DNA of 64,000 bases from Candidatus Hydrogenedentota bacterium (lineage in GTDB: Bacteria; Hydrogenedentota; Hydrogenedentia; Hydrogenedentales; GCA-2746185): assembly GCA_046583315.1 (NCBI GenBank), contig JAYGCN010000052.1:1-64000 (forward strand). The letters are read 5' to 3'. The translations under genes were made by a program, and so were the position numbers. Numbering within the stretch: the stretch's first letter is position 1; each line of letters opens with the position of its first letter. The notes below the pieces were generated by a model. That model did not search any database. It saw nothing but the letters and a program-made list of their open reading frames with translations, and was not told the origin of the DNA. Below, piece by piece: positions 48,762-58,877 of the stretch.

Positions 48762-49793
48762 TTATTTCAACGTGACTTTCTTGCCGTTATCGCTGGATTT
48801 ATATGCGGCCAAGGCGACTTCGAGCGCGTTACGCCCGACCTGACCCGTCATTGTTTGTTTCTCTTTGCCTTCAATGACATCGATCCAGTGTTTGATTTCG
48901 ACATCCCAGCCGCCACGGGTCGGGTTCTTATCGAGCGTCTTCCATTTTACCGAACCGTCCTTGCCAGCGGACGCGTTACCTTGGCAGAGCTGTAAGCCTT
49001 TGATGTAATCGCAGATGAGCGTGCCTTCGGTGCCGTAGATTTCCACGCCCGCGAATCCCGGCTGACTCGTCCAGCCGACTTCGATGTATCCGAGCGCGCC
49101 GTTTTTGTATTCGATTTGCAGTAGCGCGTTGTCGTCTACTGGAATCTTCTTGACCACGGTGCGTGCCATGGCGTTGATTGATTTTATCGGACCCATCATC
49201 CACAGCGACAAGTCGATCGCGTGGATACCCATGTCTAGTAGGGCACCACCGGCCGCGAGTTTAGGGTTGTAGAACCAGGCATTCTTCGCCCAGCTGGGAT
49301 AGGGACCGCCATGCGCGAAACGCACGCGACACATGAAGGGTTTTCCGATTTTACCGTCCTGTATCATCTGTTTCGTTTTCTGTGTGCCCGTGAACATGCG
49401 GTGTGTAAAACCGATCATCAGTTTTCTGCGATTCTTTTTCGCCGCCGCAATCATTTTGTCCGCCTGATTCAGATTGATGGCGATCGGTTTTTCGCACAAG
49501 ACGTGGCATTTTGCATTGAGCGCCGCAATAGTGTTCTCCGCGTGGAAGGCATTCGGGGTGCAAATGCTGACGATGTCGAGGTCCTCGTTTTTCAGCATGT
49601 CCTTGTAATCCGTGTATCCCGTGACCCTGCCGAAACGCTCCTTCACCTCGTCATGCCGCTCCGCAGTGGGTTCCGCAAACGCGACGACCTTCGTGCGGCG
49701 ATCTTTCTTGTATCCTGGAAAGTGGCATTCCTGCGCAATCGCGCCCGCGCCAATAATGCCGACCGTATATACCTTCTTCGTGCTTGTAGCCAT
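48762..49793 (-). CDS. Gfo/Idh/MocA family oxidoreductase
   Basis: GIIGAGAIA, ICTPNAFH, LCEKP, GGALLDMGIH. Confidence 0.92.
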   Translation of the reverse strand: MATSTKKVYTVGIIGAGAIAQECHFPGYKKDRRTKVVAFAEPTAERHDEVKERFGRVTGYTDYKDMLKNEDLDIVSICTPNAFHAENTIAALNAKCHVLCEKPIAINLNQADKMIAAAKKNRRKLMIGFTHRMFTGTQKTKQMIQDGKIGKPFMCRVRFAHGGPYPSWAKNAWFYNPKLAAGGALLDMGIHAIDLSLWMMGPIKSINAMARTVVKKIPVDDNALLQIEYKNGALGYIEVGWTSQPGFAGVEIYGTEGTLICDYIKGLQLCQGNASAGKDGSVKWKTLDKNPTRGGWDVEIKHWIDVIEGKEKQTMTGQVGRNALEVALAAYKSSDNGKKVTLK

Positions 49794-49924
49794 GTAGCGA
49801 TGTACTCCTGTGGGGTTATTGCTGAAGTGTAGAGCGTTAAGTCTAATAGTTAATACGATTCAATACAACTTGGTTGCTTCTTTGACGCGAATCGTGAGGA
49901 AGATGGCGGACGAAGGTGGGGAAT

Positions 49925-51217
49925 CTACTTTCCCTTGGTATATAGGTTGATTTTCGCCTGAATCTTTCTGGAAAGGCTGTCGCATTGGTTGAGGAAGATG
50001 AGGAATTTCCGATCGCTGGTGAGGTCTTAGTGAGTGAGTTCTTCGATGGCCTGCAGTTTGATGCGGGTGACTTCGTTTAGGCGTTCTTTGAGTTTCGCGG
50101 GACTGGATTCTTCCATCTGCTGTTCTTCGATCCTGAGCGTATCGGTGAGGTGTTCGTGCATGATGCGATTTTGATTTAACAGGGCGCGTTCACGGAATTT
50201 CCTCATTCTTTCGTCGCGTCGACGCCACAGCAGGTACAAACCGGCCGCAATGGAGAGGAGAATTTCTTTGGCCCCGGCGAGGAATTGCATCAACGCACCG
50301 AAATTCTCGAGGCCCTTGTAGGGCGTGAAATAACTGAGACTCGCCTCATGCATCGGGAAAATTCGCCATTGTTCGGCTTCGCTGTAGGGGATTAAGGTCG
50401 GCAATTTTCGGTCGGCCCGTAGATCGTTCGTGTAGAGTGCGTCGAGTACGGTTTGAACGAGCAGGGCGTTCGCATCCTCACGTGCGGCCAGGAACGCCAT
50501 CGTTGACACGGTGGATACGGGCTCCGGCGGAACAGGTTTATTCTCTGCGAAGAAGCCCCGGGGAATTTCATATTCGGCAAAATAGGCATGGCGCACGGAT
50601 AGGGTGGCGGCATCTTAAATATTCAGAATCTTGAAGTCTCCGGTGGACAAGATGCGTTGCAGATCTTGATTCATCAGGCCGGTCGTAATGGTCGCGCCAT
50701 CGATTTCTGGATGATCTTCCAGGAGTTCGAAGGAACCTCGTGCGTGTTCATCCTGCTCGGCGAATTTGAGGTCGTAGTGGTTGACTACCATCATGGCCGC
50801 CTGAACCATGCCCGAATGCGTCGGGCCGAGTATGATGGTGCGCCCATTCAGATCGAGCATCGAATCGATATCGCGATCGTTGCGCACGACCACGAGGATA
50901 ACTTCATCAAAGGAGGGGACGAGCCCGGTCAGCCCATCCATCGACATGGCACCCGCCTGAAGTATCGCGTTCGCGACGGAGCCGACGGTCGGCAGAATCT
51001 CCACGTGATTCGGACCGTTTGGGTCGTTTTCCAAGGCCGTGGTCAAATGGCTCGCGAATTCATCATAGAGTCCACCCGAATCACCGGCGGCAATGCGTAT
51101 CGTGTTCGGCAAGGTCTCGCGGGTTACGAACCAGATAATGATCGATATGGGGATAATCGAGATGATGAGCGCTATCCACCACCGTTGCATCAGGTATGAT
51201 TTTGTGAATTTTCCCAT
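49925..51217 (-). pseudogene. TAXI-family TRAP solute-binding protein gene interrupted by two in-frame TAA codons
   Basis: Same frame throughout: ...FKILNI*DAATLSVRHAYF... (TAA 50615-50617) and ...IEELTH*DLTSDRKFLIFLNQC...KGK-TAG (TAA 50027-50029). IRIAAG..GGLY, TVGSVAN and LGPTHSG motifs. Confidence 0.75.
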
Positions 51218-51262
51218 CGCCAGTTGCTCGCTCCCTGCCGTGTTGACAGAGTTGAGTCTATT

Positions 51263-52393
51263 TTAATTCTGGGAGGGAGCCAACTCTTTGTCCGCATAAT
51301 ACTGCCTGTCCTGAACAGTGAATCTGGTGCCGTTCACCTCAATGAGAACATGCCCATGTACAATCTCCCGCAGCGCTTGTACAGCTTCCGCGACATCCCC
51401 TTTCGTTTCCCCGCGTTCTGTCTGATAAATCCGTTGCACGCCTGCGTTGGCGAGGCGTTAGAGGGTTTCGGCGTGGGGGTGGCCGTGGGTGTTTCCGTCG
51501 CCGAGGGAGATGATGGCGACTTCGGGGCGGATGAGCTCGAGGAAGGCGGTGGAGGAGCCGTTGTTGGCGCCGTGGTGATTGACGTGGTAGACATCAATAT
51601 CGATTCCCTCTTCTACAAGGGCTTGGGCGATGGCGAGTTCGACTTTGGCATTTTCACTTCCGGCTTTACGTCCGATTATGTCGCCACCGATGAGGTAATC
51701 GAAGTCGCCGTACGAGATCAGGAAGCAGAGGGACCGCTCGTTTTCGGTGTTCACGAAGCGAATGGGGGAGGCCCGGTCGCGTACGAAGCCGTTTGCCGCA
51801 TACAGTGTCATGGTAGCGCCATCTCCGAGGTCGATAGTGAAATCGTCCACTTCGAGTTGGGTATCCAGCGAGATGCGCGTGCCCATGGTATCCGCGATGG
51901 CCTCGTATTTCTCGTAGGTGCGTGTATCCGGCTCGTCATCCTGGCCGCGGTCGATGAAATGGGTGATAATGATGTCGTCAACGTCTCCCTCAACACCGTT
52001 TGCGCCGAAAGTGAACGCTGAGCCGTGCACGGCAGGCCGTCCGCTGATGAGTCCTCCGATATGGTCGGCATCATAGTGGGAGGCGACGAAGTAATCTAAA
52101 GTAGACAATCCATATACGGCGAGAACCTCCGCGACAATTGCTCCGCCGTCTTTATCGCCTCCGTTGGGGATGTCGCCCGCGTCCATTAAGACTGACACGC
52201 GTACGCCGTTCTCTTCGGGGCCCAGTATCAGGGTGGAATCGCCCTGCCCAATATCGAGGTGGAGGATGGTCAGTTGGTCGGAGGAGACGATATCGGAGAT
52301 GTTTGACGGAACGTAGCCAACAATTTTCGGATAATAGTAATAGCTTGCACCAAGACCGGACAAAATTATCACGAGTAGTATTAGTTTGCGCAC
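51263..52393 (-). pseudogene. ComEC/Rec2-like metallo-beta-lactamase-fold hydrolase with in-frame TAA
   Basis: LDIGQGDSTL, SHYDADHIGG, NERS, GGD, NHHGA, HGHPHAETL*RLANAGVQRIYQT...; TAA at 51458-51460, frame stays open to 51263. Confidence 0.75.
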
Positions 52394-52507
52394 TGTTAAT
52401 CTCTTTGATTGTGACTACGGTTTCCGGAAATAGAATACCTGAAACATCCAGGAAGGTTCCCGAAAAAGAACGGTTGAAGTGACGCTTGTTGAACAATATA
52501 ATAAATA

Positions 52508-52984
52508 ATGTCCAAGAAATCGAAAAAGGATGACGATTCCGAACAGTTAATGTTCGACGCTCCGGATCGTCTGTTGCTCGACTCGCTGATTCTCACGCAC
52601 GACGCTGTAGTGACCGCGTTTCAAGAGTTGTTGCGTGGTTACGATATTTCCTATACCCAGTTCTGCGTACTATCGGTGTTGGACGAGGTGCGCGATGAGG
52701 GGATGCGCACGCAACGACTGGGCGCTCGCTTGCTGACGCGTGTACCGGACATCACGCGTCTCGTGGATCGTCTGGTGAAGGCCGGATTCGTTGAGCGGAA
52801 ACGATCGCACGAGGATAAGCGCGTTGTGTTTGTGGCGATTACACAAACGGGTTCGGAACTACTTAACGAAATCAAAGAACCCGCCAAAGAGCTACAGTCC
52901 GGACTCTTCACCCACCTCTCCCAAAACAAGCAGGCCCAGCTCAACCAACTACTCCACGAACTCCGCGACGGCACGCAGCAGTAA
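52508..52984 (+). CDS. MarR family transcriptional regulator
   Basis: TQFCVLSVL, PDITRLVDRLVKAGFVERKRSHEDKRVVFVAITQTG. Confidence 0.92.
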   Translation: MSKKSKKDDDSEQLMFDAPDRLLLDSLILTHDAVVTAFQELLRGYDISYTQFCVLSVLDEVRDEGMRTQRLGARLLTRVPDITRLVDRLVKAGFVERKRSHEDKRVVFVAITQTGSELLNEIKEPAKELQSGLFTHLSQNKQAQLNQLLHELRDGTQQ

Positions 52985-53259
52985 ACGCGAAGGGCAAGGG
53001 TCTCTCACCGCGGAGAGTCTCTCATCTGGTACCTACAGCAATCACGAGTGGTGGCTTTGAATTGTTCGACCGCCTTCTGCGTGATTTTTATTTTTATCGT
53101 TTACCCCGGATTCGTTCGAGGCTATTATTGTTTGACGCATTCCGGGTCGACTGGCAAATTTCATGTTAAAAGTCTTTGCTTCTTTTACCCTTTGCGCCTT
53201 TGCGTTGAGGCAATTTGCATTTAGTCCTATCTGCGTGTATCCGTGTTCATCTGCGGCTA
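52984..53259. repeat. Cluster of repeat-family arms after marR
   Basis: AACGCGAAGGGCAAGG (52984), TCACCGCGGAGA (53005), CTTTGCGCCTTTGCGTT (~53190), ATCTGCGTGTATCCGTGTTCATCTGCGG (53229). Confidence 0.65.
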
Positions 53260-53295
53260 ATTGAGTTGTTGTGGTTCTTGCTGATAGTTAAAGGA

Positions 53296-53325
53296 TTGAC
53301 TATTTTGACCACCTTCTGCTATCAT
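53296..53325 (+). promoter_or_regulatory. Sigma70 promoter of the rib operon
   Basis: TTGACT-N18-TATCAT with extended TG, just upstream of the riboswitch. Confidence 0.6.
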
Positions 53326-53341
53326 TACTCCCACTAGATGA

Positions 53342-53473
53342 ATGAATCTTCGGGGCAGGGTGGAAATCCCTACCGGCGGTGACAGCCCGCGAGCTTCGCG
53401 AACCTTGGTTCTCTTTGCTGACATCTGTGAAATTCAGAGGCCGACGGTTATAGTCCGGATGATAGAAGGTTCA
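53342..53473 (+). ncRNA. FMN riboswitch (RFN element)
   Basis: TCTTCGGGGCAGGGTGGAAATCCCTACCGGCGGT..AGCCCGCGAGC...GTGAAATTC..GCCGACGGTTATAGTCCGGATG..AGAAG, upstream of ribD. Confidence 0.95.
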
Positions 53474-53568
53474 TACCGTGCATGGGCGAGCGTTGCCTGT
53501 CTGGGGTTGTGATCGCTCGTTGTGTTGGCGCAAAAAATTTGCCGGCAAAACGAGAGTTTCGCCGTATG

Positions 53569-53605
53569 TCCCGAAGGTTTGTGCCTAAACCAGCGGGATT
53601 TTTTT
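53569..53605 (+). terminator. Riboswitch expression-platform terminator/sequestrator hairpin
   Basis: TCCCG-AA-GGTTT-GTGCCT-AAACC-AG-CGGGA-T7 directly abutting the ribD ATG. Confidence 0.65.
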
Positions 53606-54685
53606 ATGCCTACAGAACGCGATTATATGGAACGGGCACTGGCCCTGGCGGCGGTGGCGCGTGGGCGCACGAGTCCGAATCCGATGGTGGGCTGCGTGGT
53701 GGTATCGCATGGCGAGATCATCGGCGAAGGCTATCATGAGAAAGCGGGCGAGCCTCACGCGGAAGTGATGGCTCTGCGCGATTGCGGGGATGTTTCCAAT
53801 GCGACCGTGTATGTGACGCTGGAGCCGTGTTGCCATGAAGGGCGTACGCCACCGTGCGTCGATCTCCTTAAAGAACGTAAACCCCAGCGCGTTGTGGTTG
53901 CCATGGAAGATCCGAACCCGAAGGTGGCCGGACGAGGCATCGAAGCTTTGCAGGAAATCGGCGTGGATGTGTCCGTCGGCCTACTTGAAGAACGAGCGCG
54001 CAAACTCAATGAAGTGTACGTGAAACACGTGACGACGGGCATGCCTTTTGTGATCGCGAAATGCGGCATGTCTCTGGATGGAAAAATTGCCACGCGCACG
54101 GGCGATTCAAAATGGGTCACGGGCGAAGAATCGCGCACGATGGTGCATCAGATTCGCAATCAGGTGGACGCGATTCTAGTGGGCAGTCGCACAGTGATGC
54201 TGGACGACCCAAGCCTGACGACGCGCCTGCCTCAAGAGCGGACCTTCGATCCCATTCGTGTCATCCTTGATTCCAGCGAATATCTCGGCGATGATCGCAA
54301 AGTATTTTCCGTCGAAAGCACATCACCCACGTGGATCGCTGTTGCGGATGAGCGAAAGGTGGTCGGTGCCGATGAAATTATCAAAATACCCAGAGGTCCG
54401 GGCGGTCTGGATATGGAAACGTTGATGCTTGAACTGGCGCGACGCGACGTAACGTCCGTCTTGATAGAAGGCGGCGGCACGACGCATGCCTCGGCATTCG
54501 AAGCGGGCATCGTGGACAAGGTGATGTTCTTTGTCGCTCCCAAAATTATCGGTGGACGCGAGGCGGTGTCCGCAGTGGACGGCGTAGGCAGCGAAACGAT
54601 GTCCGATGCCGTGCCGCTCGAGCAGATGACGGCGACGCCGGTGGGAAATGACATTCTGATACAAGCCTACGTGAGCAAGGGATAG
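53606..54685 (+). CDS. ribD: Riboflavin biosynthesis deaminase/reductase
   Basis: PNPMVG, HAE, TLEPCCHEGRTPPC, SLDGKIA, IEGG. Confidence 0.96.
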   Translation: MPTERDYMERALALAAVARGRTSPNPMVGCVVVSHGEIIGEGYHEKAGEPHAEVMALRDCGDVSNATVYVTLEPCCHEGRTPPCVDLLKERKPQRVVVAMEDPNPKVAGRGIEALQEIGVDVSVGLLEERARKLNEVYVKHVTTGMPFVIAKCGMSLDGKIATRTGDSKWVTGEESRTMVHQIRNQVDAILVGSRTVMLDDPSLTTRLPQERTFDPIRVILDSSEYLGDDRKVFSVESTSPTWIAVADERKVVGADEIIKIPRGPGGLDMETLMLELARRDVTSVLIEGGGTTHASAFEAGIVDKVMFFVAPKIIGGREAVSAVDGVGSETMSDAVPLEQMTATPVGNDILIQAYVSKG

Positions 54686-54687
54686 TC

Positions 54688-55320
54688 ATGTTTACAGGAA
54701 TCATAGAAGAAGTCGGAGCGATAGCAAAACGCGGCGGCGCGGAATTGACCATCATGGCGAATACCGTGTTGGAAGACGTCTCACTCGGAGACAGTATCGC
54801 CATTGATGGCGCGTGCATGACGGTGGTGAGTTTTAGCGACGATTCGTTTGTGGTCCAGGTGTCGCCGGAATCCTTCGACAAAACAACGCTGGGCAATTTG
54901 AAAGCCGGAGACGCCGTAAACCTTGAACGCGCTATGGCCCTCGGTGATCGATTCGGGGGACACCTCGTTCAGGGACACGTCGACGGTGTGGGCCGTGTGG
55001 AAAGCGTGACGAAGCAGGGCGAATTCAGTCTCTGGAAATTCTGGGCACCGCCGGAAGTCGCGCCGTATCTGATTCCGAAGGGATCGGTCACGATTGACGG
55101 GATCAGCTTGACGGTAGTTGACCCGACGGGCGAAATCTTTGGCGTGGCGGTCATCCCGACGACGTTGCAGGAAACGAAACTACAATCCAAGCAGGCTGGC
55201 GATACAGTGAACATGGAAGCCGACTCGTTTGGAAAACATATCTATCACTATTTGATGCAAGGTGCAGGTCAATCTGCCGGTATTACCCGGGAATATTTGA
55301 ACAAGCACGGATTCGCGTAA
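54688..55320 (+). CDS. ribE: Riboflavin synthase (alpha chain)
   Basis: MFTGII N-terminus, [27 protein letters not shown]. Confidence 0.96.
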   Translation: MFTGIIEEVGAIAKRGGAELTIMANTVLEDVSLGDSIAIDGACMTVVSFSDDSFVVQVSPESFDKTTLGNLKAGDAVNLERAMALGDRFGGHLVQGHVDGVGRVESVTKQGEFSLWKFWAPPEVAPYLIPKGSVTIDGISLTVVDPTGEIFGVAVIPTTLQETKLQSKQAGDTVNMEADSFGKHIYHYLMQGAGQSAGITREYLNKHGFA

Positions 55321-55353
55321 ATGGAAGCCAGCAGGACTGGCGAGGAGGCATAC

Positions 55354-56586
55354 ATGCCTGAACGAATACCGCAAATTTTGGAAGACCTCGCGGAAGGCAA
55401 GATGATTATTCTTGTGGATGACGAGGATCGTGAAAACGAAGGCGATCTGGTCATCGCTGCGGACAAGGTCACGCCGGAAGCCATCAATTTTATGGCGACA
55501 CACGGGCGTGGATTGATCTGCCTGGCGATGACTCCGGAGCGTATCGAGGAACTCGATCTGCCGCCAATGACGCCGGACAATACAAGTCCATTTGAGACGG
55601 CGTTTCACGTGTCGATTGAAGCGAAAACCGGTGTGACGACGGGAATCAGTGCCGCCGACCGTGCGCGCACCATCCAAGTCGCAGTCAATCCCAATTCCAC
55701 GCCTGCCGATCTCGTTCGTCCCGGTCATGTATTCCCCCTGCGGGCCCGTGAAGGCGGTGTACTTGTGCGTACAGGCCAGACTGAGGGATCCGTCGATCTC
55801 GCTCGCATGGCCGGATGCGCTCCCGCTGGAGTCATCTGTGAAATCATGAGTGAAGACGGTACCATGGCGCGCATGCCGGAATTAAAAGAGTTTGCCGCGA
55901 AACATGACATCAATATTTGCTCTGTGGAGTCGATCATTCAATATCGGCGTATGGCGGAGCAGATTGTCGAGCGCGCAGCCGAAACCGTGTTGCCCACCGA
56001 CTACGGCGATTTCAAGCTGGTCGTATACGAAACCAATGTGGACGAAAAGAATCACCTGGCACTCGTGAAAGGTGATGTCAAAGGGAAAGACAACGTGATG
56101 GTACGGGTGCACTCTGAATGCCTCACCGGCGACGTATTTCATTCGATGCGCTGTGACTGCGGGAGCCAGCTGCACGAAGCGATGCGGATGATCGCGGAGG
56201 AAGGTTCTGGGGTGCTCGTATACATGCGCCAGGAAGGTCGCGGCATCGGGCTCGTCAACAAAATCAAAGCCTACGTGTTGCAGGATCAAGGCATGGACAC
56301 CGAAGAGGCGAACGTGCACCTCGGTTTCGACCCCGATCCTCGCGAGTACGGCCTGGGTGCACAGATTCTGAAAGACCTCGGAATCACGACGATGCGTTTA
56401 ATCACCAACAATCCGGTAAAACGTAAAGGCTTGCAGGGCTACGGGCTTGAGATCACGGATCGGGTTCCTATTGAAATTCCGGCGAATCCTCATAATCACA
56501 AGTATTTGAAGACGAAACAGGAAAAATTTGGGCATCATTTATCTGAATTTGGCGCGGGCGATATTGGTGCCTCAGTAGAAGATTAA
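55354..56586 (+). CDS. ribBA: DHBP synthase / GTP cyclohydrolase II
   Basis: [39 protein letters not shown]. Confidence 0.96.
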   Translation: MPERIPQILEDLAEGKMIILVDDEDRENEGDLVIAADKVTPEAINFMATHGRGLICLAMTPERIEELDLPPMTPDNTSPFETAFHVSIEAKTGVTTGISAADRARTIQVAVNPNSTPADLVRPGHVFPLRAREGGVLVRTGQTEGSVDLARMAGCAPAGVICEIMSEDGTMARMPELKEFAAKHDINICSVESIIQYRRMAEQIVERAAETVLPTDYGDFKLVVYETNVDEKNHLALVKGDVKGKDNVMVRVHSECLTGDVFHSMRCDCGSQLHEAMRMIAEEGSGVLVYMRQEGRGIGLVNKIKAYVLQDQGMDTEEANVHLGFDPDPREYGLGAQILKDLGITTMRLITNNPVKRKGLQGYGLEITDRVPIEIPANPHNHKYLKTKQEKFGHHLSEFGAGDIGASVED

Positions 56587-56605
56587 TAGGGTAGGAGAAT
56601 TTTTA

Positions 56606-57070
56606 ATGCCAAAAGTTATTGAAGGAAATCTGAACGCGAAGGGCAAACGTTTTGCCATTGTCGTCACGCGATTCAACGAATTTATTACGGCAAAACTGCT
56701 GGACGGCGCGCTGGATGCCATCAAGCGTCATGGCGGTGATGCGGACGGTACTACGGTCGTCTGGGTTCCCGGCGCCGTGGAGATTCCGGTTGTGGCGCAC
56801 AAACTCGCGAAGTCTGATAAGTATGACGTCGTGATCGCGCTGGGTTGCGTGATTCGCGGGGCCACGGCTCACTTTGAGTACGTATCCGGCGAAGCAGCCA
56901 AGGGCATTGGACAGATCGCGTTGCAGACGGGCGTGCCTGTCATGTTCGGCGTGCTGACTACCGAAACGATTGAACAAGCCATTGAACGCGCTGGTACAAA
57001 AGCTGGCAACAAAGGTTTTGAAGTGGCCGTGGGCGCTATCGAGATGGCGAACCTGATGGAGAAATTGTAA
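56606..57070 (+). CDS. ribH: 6,7-dimethyl-8-ribityllumazine synthase
   Basis: [33 protein letters not shown]. Confidence 0.96.
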   Translation: MPKVIEGNLNAKGKRFAIVVTRFNEFITAKLLDGALDAIKRHGGDADGTTVVWVPGAVEIPVVAHKLAKSDKYDVVIALGCVIRGATAHFEYVSGEAAKGIGQIALQTGVPVMFGVLTTETIEQAIERAGTKAGNKGFEVAVGAIEMANLMEKL

Positions 57071-57071
57071 C

Positions 57072-57500
57072 TTGAGCGGTAGTCCACAACAACGAAGAAA
57101 AGCCCGGCGTCGCGCGCTGGAATTTTTGTTCAGCATCGAATTCACGCAATACGAATGGGAAGCCGCGCTTGAGGCATTCTGGGAAACCTTCGACACCAAA
57201 CAGGTCGTGCGTGAATACGCGAAAACCCTGATTAAGGGAATCTCGAATCACACGGAAGACATTGATGCCCACATCGACAGCGCGCTCACCAACTGGTCAC
57301 CCGATCGCGTCGGTCATGTCGAGCGCAACATCCTTCGCGTGGCCGTATTCGAAATCGCGTATACCGATGACGTTCCCCAAAAAGTCGCCATCAACGAAGC
57401 CATCGAAATCGCAAAGGCCTACGGCTCCGACGAGTCCGCGGGTTTCGTGAACGCCGTACTCGACAAATTGAAGAGCACCGTCTTCGCGGATATCGAATAG
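57072..57500 (+). CDS. nusB: Transcription antitermination factor NusB
   Basis: RRKARRRAL, ERNILR, VAINEAIEIAK, FVNAVLD; ribH-nusB synteny. Confidence 0.95.
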   Translation: MSGSPQQRRKARRRALEFLFSIEFTQYEWEAALEAFWETFDTKQVVREYAKTLIKGISNHTEDIDAHIDSALTNWSPDRVGHVERNILRVAVFEIAYTDDVPQKVAINEAIEIAKAYGSDESAGFVNAVLDKLKSTVFADIE

Positions 57501-57507
57501 GTTTCCC

Positions 57508-58332
57508 ATGTCAGGACGTTACGTCGATCTCCACATGCACACGACCTTTTCTGACGGGGCCGACATCCCTTCAGTCGTCGTTGAGCGTGCCAGCAGCCTG
57601 GGCTTCAGTGCCATCGCGATTACCGATCACGATACCCTCACCGGATTGCCGGATGCACGGGTAGCCGCCGACGACGCGGGAATTGAGCTTCTGCCCGGGG
57701 TAGAAGTGAGTTCGCGATACGGCAAGATGGAAGTGCACATCCTTGGCCTCGGCGTGGACCCGACCGATGCCGAACTCACCGAGTCGCTCGCCGTGATGGC
57801 CAAAGAACGTGCGCACCGCGCCGAAGCGATCGTCGAGAAACTGAATGCCCTTGATGTTCCCGTCGATTATGAATCAATCCGCACACGCGTGGGCAAAGGC
57901 GTCATCGGGCGCATGCATATCGCGCAAGATATCGTGTCCCTCGGACATGCCGATACGATCCAGGGCGCCTTCGATAAATACATCAAAGCTGGACGCCCAG
58001 CCTACGTACCGAAAAAGGCGATGACCTGCGAAGATGCCGTCGAATCCATCCACAAAGCAGGAGGACTCGCCTTCGTCGCGCATCCCTGCATCGGAAAAAC
58101 ACGCTCGATCCTAGACCAGTTACTGCGACTCCCCTTCGACGGCATCGAAGTCTTCCACTCCCGCCACACACCAGGACACATCGCCGACCTGAAGGCACTC
58201 GCAGAAGATCGCGGCCTGTTAATCAGCGGAGGCTCCGATTGCCACGGCTCCATAAAAGGCGACTCGCCACTCATGGGGAAAATTCGACTCGCGTGGGAAC
58301 ACTACGAGGCAATCCAGGGACGTCTGACTTAA
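57508..58332 (+). CDS. PHP-domain phosphoesterase
   Basis: DLHMHTTFSDG, ITDHD, GRMHIA, AHP, GGSDCHG. Confidence 0.9.
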   Translation: MSGRYVDLHMHTTFSDGADIPSVVVERASSLGFSAIAITDHDTLTGLPDARVAADDAGIELLPGVEVSSRYGKMEVHILGLGVDPTDAELTESLAVMAKERAHRAEAIVEKLNALDVPVDYESIRTRVGKGVIGRMHIAQDIVSLGHADTIQGAFDKYIKAGRPAYVPKKAMTCEDAVESIHKAGGLAFVAHPCIGKTRSILDQLLRLPFDGIEVFHSRHTPGHIADLKALAEDRGLLISGGSDCHGSIKGDSPLMGKIRLAWEHYEAIQGRLT

Positions 58333-58343
58333 CGAACCATTTG

Positions 58344-58870
58344 CACCGCGGAGGACTTCTACTCCAATAGGTCATCATCCAGGTACAGCGCACACTTGTT
58401 TAATGCTTCTTCGACCTCGGGACACTTTGCGCAATCGATGGTCAGCAATACGTAGTCCACGAAGCTTAAGTCATCAAAGGTTGCACAGTTGACGAAGTAG
58501 AACGCGACATCTTTTGGCTACTCAACTTTATGCCAAGTGGTCATTACGAGTGGGTAATTCTCGTGAAGATCGCCGTTCTTGTCGATGTTGCTTCCAATAT
58601 TTTTCTCGTCCGTCATATCATGCCAAAGTTCACAATTCGAGCCGCCGCATACGACCGAGCGACACCCCTTTCGTAAGATCTCGCCGACAATGTAGTCAAT
58701 TTGCTCGACAGAAAAGTTGCTGTCACAATCCTAGATCATGCACGCGAACGGATTGCCGACATCGAGCAGAGCAATGTCATCGGGATGAGAAACGTATTGG
58801 TGCCAATAGCGCCGTCCCTCATTTTCTACAATAATTTTCATATTTAATTCTCCGCGCCTCCGCGGTGAAA
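58344..58870. mobile_element. Inverted-repeat-flanked cargo cassette A
   Basis: CACCGCGGAGG (58344-58354) and TTCTCCGCGCCTCCGCGGTGAAA (58848-58870) bracket one AT-rich pseudogene. Mobility is inferred. Confidence 0.5.
58359..58841 (-). pseudogene. Cargo gene (160 codons) with two in-frame TAG codons; uncharacterised family with GC..VCGG..CELWHD..VMTTWH motif
   Basis: Manual translation MKIIVENEGRRYW...FACMI*DCD...KGCRSVVCGGSNCELWHDMTDE...VMTTWHKVE*PKDVAFYFVNC...DLLE*; TAG at 58731-58733 and 58518-58520. Confidence 0.75.
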
Positions 58871-58877
58871 TGCGGTT

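Noticed and set aside
51224..52021. 265-aa plus-strand ORF
   Set aside because: Antisense to the ComEC-like hydrolase, which carries the recognisable motifs.
49925..52393. Genome-wide TAA or TAG reassignment
   Set aside because: Conserved genes here end normally at TAA (tpiA, murA, ribH) and TAG (hslV, nusB, ribD).
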